Assembly: GCA_029856125.1 (NCBI GenBank)
Contig: JAHQWJ010000038.1
Coordinates: 1-44,980, forward strand
Length of the DNA: 44,980 nucleotides
Direction of reading: 5' to 3'
From: Promethearchaeia archaeon
GTDB lineage: Archaea; Asgardarchaeota; Lokiarchaeia; Sigyniarchaeales; SOKP01
A program made the translations under genes and the position numbers. The notes beneath the pieces were generated by a model. It saw only the letters and a list, made by a program, of their open reading frames with translations. It did not search any database and was not told the origin of the DNA. Shown in pieces: positions 38,021 to 44,980 of the stretch (position 1 is the stretch's first letter; each line of letters begins with the position of its first letter).

Positions 38021-38762
38021 TTCATACCTTACGGTGTGGATATCGAGAAGTAGTATTAACTCTCAATGATATAACCAATTCGAATACCTCTGGTATAAAA
38101 AATTGGTAAAACTTTCTTTCCTTAACGGAAAGATTATATTTTCGGATATAGATTTGGTTCATTGGTTTTCGGATTAATGATTAAAAAAGTTGCTCATTGA
38201 GACATTTTATATGAAAATATAGAATGAAATACTAGCAATGAGCCTTCGGGCATATTTGCATTTTCTCATATCATGCTTGAATTCATGATCATCGGAAAAG
38301 ATATAGCAACCTCATGAGATGCTACCGAATGTTATCCTAACGGGTACACCATTTCGGTAAATCGAGCTATGCTAGCAATTTCGATTAAATCTCCGGAGTG
38401 ATTCTGACAGGAGGTTTTACAACCAATTGTTTGAATGCATTGAATGAGGACTTTCCTTACATCGTAAGGAATGGCAATATCTCGCAACAAATTCCTCCGG
38501 GGATTTAATTGCTTATTCCTTCGGGTCATGCCTGATTGTGTGATTATAGGAAAAGGTATCGCAATCAATGTCATGCTACCAATTGAAATACTTAACGGTA
38601 TTGAAATTGGAAAAACATACTTCTTTGGAAGTGTGAATATATCTTCAGATAAGGATTAAACGATTAGTTTCCGAACTTATTGAATGATCTTGTATAACAT
38701 TGACACAATACCACGCAAAAACCCTTCGGGTACTCATTGCAACTTCTTGAACCTTTTTTTTT
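38021..38762 (+). ncRNA. Putative large structured RNA made of three tandem ~250-nt units (unknown family)
   Basis: Units at about 38021-38268, 38270-38519 and 38525-38749 share motif order and helices with compensatory changes. Multiple UNCG and GNRA tetraloops and G-U pairs on the + strand. Ends in T9. Confidence 0.8.
38754..38762 (+). terminator. Poly-T archaeal terminator candidate
   Basis: T9 tract just after the last helix of unit 3. Confidence 0.45.
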
Positions 38763-38836
38763 GAAACGAATAAACAATTACAAGTTCTATTACTTAGCCT
38801 TGTTAATTTGCAAAAAAAAAGATTATGAAAAATTAA

Positions 38837-39460
38837 TTATTTAAAAGGTTGTCTTATAACAGTTTTCATAGTTGCAGGATTAGCTTTTCTTGGATCACTT
38901 AAATAGATTTCATGGTGTTTGGTTTTCAATCCGTCAAGCTTGCCTCCTTCTTTCTGAACGAAATCATGCACTTTTTGAACGGTTGGTCCTTCTTCCGAAT
39001 AAGGACCTACATGCATAATTTGAGCCGCTTTACCTTCTTTATATTTTTCAAGTCTAAGTTTAGGAAGCAATTCTGAAAGTTCAGGCTTCTTCTTTTTAGT
39101 TATTGATATTGCTTCATTTATCATATCTTGAGTAATCCAATCTGGTTGCATTATCATCATAGTCCATTTCCACTTATCACGATTTCCGTCTATGAAATCT
39201 TCCATGTTGTCAGCCCACCATAGTCCTTCTAAAGGAGGAACGACGTAATCTTTCCCTATTGCCTTACTTAAGAATTTTGTTTTGAAAGCGATAGGATAGA
39301 GTACTGCTAGAGCGTCTTGATACTCTTTCGAATCGCCTGGTGATCCCATTCCATCAATCATCAAGAACTGCATTTCTGGTACATCTATTAGGACTACTTC
39401 CTTTGGACTTGGTTGGTAAATTTCCTTCATAGATTTCTTGAAATCTATTTTAATCGGCAT
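38837..39460 (-). CDS. GyrI-like small-molecule-binding domain protein
   Basis: QFLMIDGMGSP, YVVPPLEGLWW, WKWTMMIMQP, QIMHVGPYSEE, HHEIYLSDPR, KTVIRQP. Confidence 0.9.
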   Translation of the reverse strand: MPIKIDFKKSMKEIYQPSPKEVVLIDVPEMQFLMIDGMGSPGDSKEYQDALAVLYPIAFKTKFLSKAIGKDYVVPPLEGLWWADNMEDFIDGNRDKWKWTMMIMQPDWITQDMINEAISITKKKKPELSELLPKLRLEKYKEGKAAQIMHVGPYSEEGPTVQKVHDFVQKEGGKLDGLKTKHHEIYLSDPRKANPATMKTVIRQPFK

Positions 39461-39515
39461 GATGTTTTCACTTTCTTATTAAATTAAAAAAAAAGAAAAT
39501 TGTTTTTTTGTTAAA

Positions 39516-40070
39516 TTAGAGAATATAAGGAATCAGAAAGAAGTCTAAAAAGATTGCTACTAAACATATAAATTCCATTATAACCCATAAATTTCTTTTT
39601 ATGCTCCTTAATCCTTTAAAAGATTTCCCTGAATAACTAATTGTATTGTAAATTATAATCATTATCCATGCAACTACCAAAAAAACGATAGGGAGTAATA
39701 GTGCGTATAATAGATGTCCGATAAAGTCTAATAAGTACACGTACCCTAAGATTGAAAATGCGATTATAACTAAAGTAAAACCCATACCAAATGTATATTC
39801 TGCGAAGCTCACGAATCTATTTACTTTGATTTCATCAAAATCTTCTAATTTTAACTCAAACGCCGCCCTTGAATTTGCAGAAACAGAGTTTACAAACAAA
39901 ATAAACGAGACCATTAATAAGAAAGTAACAGTAACAATTCCTCTTGTTGGAGGTACTTGCCAAATTAACGCTAGAATAGTTAGAGTCGCAGCAATCATGG
40001 TAGTACTAAGAACTATCCAATCCCTTACATTTAAAATAGTGTTTTGGCTATTTTCTTCCATCTTACTCAA
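39516..40070 (-). CDS. Hypothetical membrane protein (about 5 TM)
   Basis: Five hydrophobic segments in 184 aa. Confidence 0.75.
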   Translation of the reverse strand: MSKMEENSQNTILNVRDWIVLSTTMIAATLTILALIWQVPPTRGIVTVTFLLMVSFILFVNSVSANSRAAFELKLEDFDEIKVNRFVSFAEYTFGMGFTLVIIAFSILGYVYLLDFIGHLLYALLLPIVFLVVAWIMIIIYNTISYSGKSFKGLRSIKRNLWVIMEFICLVAIFLDFFLIPYIL

Positions 40071-40258
40071 TATGAATGTTGTTTATGTTTAATTTATGTT
40101 TTGAAATAATTATTATAAAATTTCTCTTTTTCATCAAAAATTGTTAATTAATTGTAGTTTTCTTGACTTTTTTGAATTTGTTCAATTAATTGTTCAGAAA
40201 ATTATTCAATATATTTATAAATGAATATTTCATATTAATGATAAGAAGGTGACTAATA

Positions 40259-41218
40259 ATGGAAATAATAAATGAAAAAGATAGAAAAAAATTGATTTTA
40301 GAATCACAAAAATATGGAGGTATAAGCCTACGGCGTCAAAAGTTAAGGGTGCATAAGAATGGGGCAAAATTTCCTATTAGCAAAGCATATATTGATGACG
40401 AACTCTTAGATCCGGAAATTTCCTACACTCTAATTTTGATACCTGAAGTCAAAATCGCTGACCAAACTATAGTCTCACTAACTTTTTTTAAAAGAAGGAG
40501 CGGCCCTCTTATCTACTATTATTATCCTGAGAATTCTTTAAATGCGACAGAAAAGGCTAGTATAATGGATATTATGGTTCAAGTATCTAATGAAAAATAC
40601 TTTATTCACCAATCGAGTAATCTATCTTCATTAAATTATTATTTTGAAATTCACTCTGATTGGGCTCGTGGGAAGAAGGAGATGTTAATGATTAGTGTTA
40701 TCCTCAATACGAAAATCACTAAATCAATTGAAGACATAATTCTTTCGATTTGTATCGATTTTGAAACCGATTTAACATCTATCAAAGATATCTACAAAGC
40801 ATTATATGATAAAGATTTAGACTCATTTTCCGATGAAGAACAATCGGATATAGAAAAAATCAGTAGAATTCTGCGTACGAAAATAAAAGAATTACTTAAA
40901 AAAATAAGAAAATTAGACAGTCAAAAGTTTACTAAGGTTATATTCAGAGGTTCAATGGAAATTGAAAAGAAATTAGACCTAACTGAAATTGCTCAAGGAA
41001 TTCAAGATGCTGAGTTCAATCCAGAGAAGTTTCCGGGGTTAATTATGAAAATTGAGAAACCAAACGCTACAATTCTTATGTTTTCTGATGGTAAATTGAT
41101 GATAACCGATTTGGAAAATCCATCCAAAGTTGATCAAGTGGTTGATATTATTATGGAAAAACTTAAGAACATAGGTATTATAATACCTAAACCAGAAATT
41201 ACAATAGAAAGTACATAA
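40259..41218 (+). CDS. Fusion protein: AbrB-like N-terminus (tentative), uDENN/longin-like middle (tentative), single TBP repeat at the C-terminus
   Basis: C-terminal LDLTEIA...AEFNPEKFPGLIMKIEKPNATILMFSDGKLMIT is one TBP repeat. Middle has LTFFKRRSGPLIYYYYP...NYYFEIHSDWARG. GGTGA ribosome-binding site upstream. Confidence 0.8.
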   Translation: MEIINEKDRKKLILESQKYGGISLRRQKLRVHKNGAKFPISKAYIDDELLDPEISYTLILIPEVKIADQTIVSLTFFKRRSGPLIYYYYPENSLNATEKASIMDIMVQVSNEKYFIHQSSNLSSLNYYFEIHSDWARGKKEMLMISVILNTKITKSIEDIILSICIDFETDLTSIKDIYKALYDKDLDSFSDEEQSDIEKISRILRTKIKELLKKIRKLDSQKFTKVIFRGSMEIEKKLDLTEIAQGIQDAEFNPEKFPGLIMKIEKPNATILMFSDGKLMITDLENPSKVDQVVDIIMEKLKNIGIIIPKPEITIEST

Positions 41219-41388
41219 TAATTAGTTATGATTTAATTAACACTAAAAAAATCAGCATCTTTTTTCTCTCACTATATTGTTAAAAATTAAATTATGATCT
41301 CTCGCTTTCTACTATCCTTTTTAGATGTTATTTTTAGAAAACTAACAGCCCGTATTAGTTTATTATTGTTTCGCGTTAAAATTAAATT

Positions 41389-41571
41389 ATGTCATCAAAA
41401 ATTGTTTCTTATTTTGATTGGGATCGTTCAATAAATCCTCCGGTTCCCACATCTGGTTTTAACACTTCAGCAAAATTAAAGAGTACGAAAAAAACCAATT
41501 TAAATTCAATTGGAATGAGTGATGATGACTTTAAGCAACAACTAAAGAAATGGAAGAACAGAAACTTTTAA
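41389..41571 (+). CDS. Microprotein (60 aa), paralogue of the next ORF
   Basis: Shares FDW...S, LNSIG and KQxLKxWKxxN with 41731-41886. Confidence 0.7.
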   Translation: MSSKIVSYFDWDRSINPPVPTSGFNTSAKLKSTKKTNLNSIGMSDDDFKQQLKKWKNRNF

Positions 41572-41730
41572 AAATTCCTTTAAATTAGCAATTTTTGCAA
41601 TTTTACATTTTAATTCGACTTTTTTTAACAATTTCGATCTATAGGTACGAATTATCCTTAACAATCTAAAGGGATTTAAATATATTTTTTTATGTCCTTT
41701 ACAAATAAGTACAATTTTAATCGATGTAAA

Positions 41731-41886
41731 ATGTCAAGATCAAGTTCTTCTTTTGATTGGGAATTATCATTTCATAATTCCGATAAAAAAGTGAGGATGG
41801 AGTTAGATACACTAAATTCAATTGGAATACCAATTAGTAAATACAAACAATTTCTAAAAGAATGGAAAGAGAAAAATTTATCCTGA
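41731..41886 (+). CDS. Microprotein (51 aa; ORF track starts it at 41692), paralogue of the previous ORF
   Basis: MSRSSSSFDWELS...LNSIGIPISKYKQFLKEWKEKNLS. ATG 41731 aligns with the paralogue's start. Confidence 0.7.
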   Translation: MSRSSSSFDWELSFHNSDKKVRMELDTLNSIGIPISKYKQFLKEWKEKNLS

Positions 41887-41893
41887 AGTAGTC

Positions 41894-44800
41894 TTATGTA
41901 ACAATCTCAGTGAAGTATAAAACAACAAGTAATACCACCCAAATAATCGTTAGAGTTATTAACAGTATCGTAGTATAAAACCTCCACTTTATTGAAATCT
42001 TCTGTTTTTTTTCAATTCTGTAAATATATATTGCAAGTATTGCTCCTAATATAATTATTGAAGATATTATCAGAATTATTCCAAAAATAATTGAAGTTAT
42101 ATATGGTAATATCAAAGCAAATACGAATACGGTAAAACTTATCCAAAGTGTGATAAAACGCTGCATTCTTTGTTTAAAAACTTGATCTAGGTCATCTGTT
42201 TTCTTGGTTGGGAGCAAAGAGATTAAAATTCCTGAAGTCGCTAGACCTGAGAGAGCCGCGTGATCCCATCTTAACAAACCTAAAACAATGTTGGAGAAGA
42301 GCTCTCCTACTAATATACCTGCAATCAAGCAAAAAATAATTCCTATTATTTTAAAGTGCTTTTTTAAGAAATTGAGAGTAGAATAATAGAAACTTAGAAG
42401 GAAATTTTTGAGTTTAATAAGAGCAAATCGTAAATTATCTATAATATTATCTAAGAATCTTTTCAATTCTTCTAGCATAAAAATAAACAAGTATAACATC
42501 GCCCCTACTAATATCCAAGAGAAACTCCATCCATTTGAAGTTAAATTAAGAGTAATTAAGCTTAGTAGCAAGAACATTAATACAGAATATAAGAAGGAAA
42601 GGAATTTGCTGCGTTTAAAAGGTTTGAATAGAGCTAAATTTATTATCATAAAAATGAATAGAGATAGGCACAAGTTTAAAATTAGATTCGGATTAATAAT
42701 AAATTCTAATGTAATAAAAATATCTAATGATAGAAGAGTTTCAATAAAGATAAAACTGGAAATCCTGAGTAAATTTCTTGTCTTATCACTTACAACTTTA
42801 ATATATTTGTCAACGAAGGTTAAAATTAGTAAGATAATAAACGATAGTATCAATAAGTTAAACGAAATATAATAATCTGGATTAATATAATATAAAGGCC
42901 ATGTGATTAAATCTAAGTAGACGATTAGAATTAGACCTTTATTAATCCTTGATGTGTTGGAACTGATAAAATCCCATTCTGATATTAACCGAGATAAGTA
43001 TGCGATTTGTATTATGAAAAGTATTATAGTGATAGGTATTAGATGTGGGAAAAACAATGAAATCCAATCAATGTAGAATAAGATCGAGAAACCTATCATA
43101 ACGATCCACGAAGTGATGATAAAAAACTTCGAGGTTTTCTTTAAAAACTTTAACAAAAACTTATCTAACAAACCAAACAAATGGGTTAGAATACTTAAAA
43201 TCAAAATAGCTATATGGATTTCTACAAATGGGGTCAACGAATTAAAGATGCTGACTATTAGAAAAACATATAAACCTATCCCTAAGTAATTCTGCCTATT
43301 AGTTTTCCATTTTCCAAACATTTCAAGCTTTTCAGGATTCAATTTACTCCTAATATTGAAATACGAGATGTTAGTGTAGAATTGCAGTGATAAAAATATC
43401 AAAATTATATAGAAAAATGAAGTTATTGAAAAACCATATAAATAAATTAAAATCAGAGAAAGAACCCAAGAGCTATTAAAAAAACTTAAACAGTGGACAA
43501 TATCCATATACCCTGCTTTTAAACGCTTTATACCGTAAATTTCTAATATGCTGATTAAGAATAGAATAATCTGAGAAAATAGCAGACTTTCGAAAAATCC
43601 AAAAAATAATCCAAAGAGTCCGAGAAACACGAATGAAGTCTCTAAGTAAACGATAAATACTAAACCTGAATAGATTTTCTTTGTCTTTATAACCCATTCC
43701 TCGCTTTTTATAACACCTTTCGATAAGTATATTGTATAAGCGGTTAGTATAGTTTCAGACAGAATAACTAAAGTAATTCTTAAAAAGTCGAGTATTGAGA
43801 ATGTTCCAAAAAGAGAGAACCAGAAAATGCCAAAAAACATTTGGAACGCTATGAAAGTAGAGAATAGTATAATGTTCTTATATTTAATTTCGATAGTGCG
43901 ATTTAAAAAACCATTTAATAGGAACATTAGCAATGAAAAGACAGAAAGAAAGAAACTCAATGAAGGAATTCCAATTAGTAATGGGTTGTAGGCTAGTAAA
44001 AAGTCAGTCAATAATAGAGAAAGGTAAAAACTAATCACCAGAAAGATAATATTCAGTAGAATTGCTTGCAATTGATTTCTAATTTCCTTTATTCTACTAG
44101 CATCGTATTTAGTTATTCCCTCGATATAGTAAGATAGGTAATATAATGTATAGAACTGTAATATCAAAAATATTACTAAATTTAAAACAAATAATGTTGC
44201 ATCATTTCCTGTAAATTGGGCAAAGTAAATTAATCCACCAATCGTAATTACAAGAAATGCTATGATATTTAACAAATAGGTGATCTTTTCTATAGTTCTT
44301 TTTAAAACATGGATGTCTAATAAAGTAGAGAGGAAAAATATGAAAACGGATAACAATATAGCTCCATAAAAGTAAAGGCTAATATCTATTAACTCCTGAA
44401 TCAATCCAAAACTCAACAAGCCAAGTTCAAAATGCGATAATAGCGACAGAATTGAATCAAATTTCTTCATACCGTAATCCTTTTCAGGCATTTGCTCTTC
44501 GATTTTCTTCACAAATACTACTCTTGATACCGAAAAATAAGCAGAGTAAATTAAAAGTGAAAGTAAAACTATGAAATAGAGAAATTGTATGATGTGGAGA
44601 GATTGAAATAATTCTATCAATACTATAAATTGTAAAGTTAATAATGTTAATGCTAGAGGAGATATATACCGTACAATAAAACGGTATTCATATAATGCTG
44701 GCATAATAATAATTAAATTTACAAATACGAATATCGCAGACGCTAAAAAGATAAATTCTGGCAGGAAAATATAAACTAAAAATGATAAGGTAAGCGATGT

Positions 44801-44980
44801 TCCTATCGATAAAATTGAAAGCGGAAATATTTTTTTAAGAGGTAAAATCATTCGAAATTTGTTAAATACAAGAGTTGACCCGCCAAAAACCGTAATTGCT
44901 AAAGATATAGCGATGAACTCGATATTAGGAATCAATATAAATGTGTTGTAGGTAAATAAGGAGAAATTTACAACTAAAAT
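41894..44980 (-). CDS. Very large polytopic membrane protein, 5' truncated by the window edge
   Basis: Frame stays open to 44980 (ILVVNFSLFTYNTFILIP…). More than 1000 aa of near-continuous TM helices with basic loops; no family recognised. Confidence 0.8.
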   Translation of the reverse strand: MLVVNFSLFTYNTFILIPNIEFIAISLAITVFGGSTLVFNKFRMILPLKKIFPLSILSIGTSLTLSFLVYIFLPEFIFLASAIFVFVNLIIIMPALYEYRFIVRYISPLALTLLTLQFIVLIELFQSLHIIQFLYFIVLLSLLIYSAYFSVSRVVFVKKIEEQMPEKDYGMKKFDSILSLLSHFELGLLSFGLIQELIDISLYFYGAILLSVFIFFLSTLLDIHVLKRTIEKITYLLNIIAFLVITIGGLIYFAQFTGNDATLFVLNLVIFLILQFYTLYYLSYYIEGITKYDASRIKEIRNQLQAILLNIIFLVISFYLSLLLTDFLLAYNPLLIGIPSLSFFLSVFSLLMFLLNGFLNRTIEIKYKNIILFSTFIAFQMFFGIFWFSLFGTFSILDFLRITLVILSETILTAYTIYLSKGVIKSEEWVIKTKKIYSGLVFIVYLETSFVFLGLFGLFFGFFESLLFSQIILFLISILEIYGIKRLKAGYMDIVHCLSFFNSSWVLSLILIYLYGFSITSFFYIILIFLSLQFYTNISYFNIRSKLNPEKLEMFGKWKTNRQNYLGIGLYVFLIVSIFNSLTPFVEIHIAILILSILTHLFGLLDKFLLKFLKKTSKFFIITSWIVMIGFSILFYIDWISLFFPHLIPITIILFIIQIAYLSRLISEWDFISSNTSRINKGLILIVYLDLITWPLYYINPDYYISFNLLILSFIILLILTFVDKYIKVVSDKTRNLLRISSFIFIETLLSLDIFITLEFIINPNLILNLCLSLFIFMIINLALFKPFKRSKFLSFLYSVLMFLLLSLITLNLTSNGWSFSWILVGAMLYLFIFMLEELKRFLDNIIDNLRFALIKLKNFLLSFYYSTLNFLKKHFKIIGIIFCLIAGILVGELFSNIVLGLLRWDHAALSGLATSGILISLLPTKKTDDLDQVFKQRMQRFITLWISFTVFVFALILPYITSIIFGIILIISSIIILGAILAIYIYRIEKKQKISIKWRFYTTILLITLTIIWVVLLVVLYFTEIVT

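Noticed and set aside
38290-38330. AAGATATAG (group I intron S-like), GCAACC...TGCTA (SAM-I-like) and CCTGA...TAGG in unit 3 (TPP-like)
   Set aside because: Partner elements are missing or in the wrong order, the motifs are not kept in all three units, and there is no co-oriented downstream gene to regulate.
38440-38460. Minus-strand AAGGAAAGTCC resembling RNase P RNA CR-I
   Set aside because: No matching CR-V found, and tetraloops and G-U pairs indicate the + strand is the sense strand.
38332-38659. ORFs 38332-38574 (-) and 38471-38659 (+)
   Set aside because: Short, overlapping, no motifs. They lie inside the structured repeat, whose conservation follows base pairing rather than codons.
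38021-38762. CRISPR array or selenoprotein/SECIS explanation of the repeats
   Set aside because: Period is about 250 nt with degenerate sequence, no cas genes are present, and no UGA-readthrough frame is evident.
549-43697. Other antisense or nested ORFs in the track (e.g. 1083-1532, 4615-5238, 13398-13835, 31836-32153, 42408-42872)
   Set aside because: Shadows of well-supported genes with no independent motifs.
1-44980. tRNA or rRNA genes
   Set aside because: No cloverleaf with a T-arm consensus and no rRNA-like segment seen by eye.

Overview
AT-rich archaeal chromosomal segment. The gene content (Rab-like small GTPase, uDENN/longin-like domain, proteasome alpha subunit, archaeal RFC, PolB2, tandem acyl-CoA ligases, SCP2) points to an Asgard archaeon, probably Lokiarchaeia; this is inference. 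It holds a lipid-metabolism operon (cut by the left edge), a two-gene module ending in a tandem HTH-HNH protein, housekeeping and transport genes, a GNAT-rfcS-rfcS2-rfcL cluster, a 1370-aa helical repeat protein, a UPF0182 membrane protein, a broken repeat-protein gene, psmA, a Rab-like GTPase, a sirtuin, two paralogous acyl-CoA ligases and a RadA-like/small protein/PolB2 cassette. The most striking unexplained feature is a ~740-nt non-coding region right after polB2 (38021-38762). It is three tandem ~250-nt units with the same multi-helix fold, compensatory base changes between units, UNCG/GNRA tetraloops, a candidate TATA box and a poly-T end. I do not recognise it as any known RNA family. 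Also notable are an AbrB-like/uDENN-like/half-TBP fusion and two paralogous microproteins. All calls come from reading the sequence by eye; no searches or folding programs were run.
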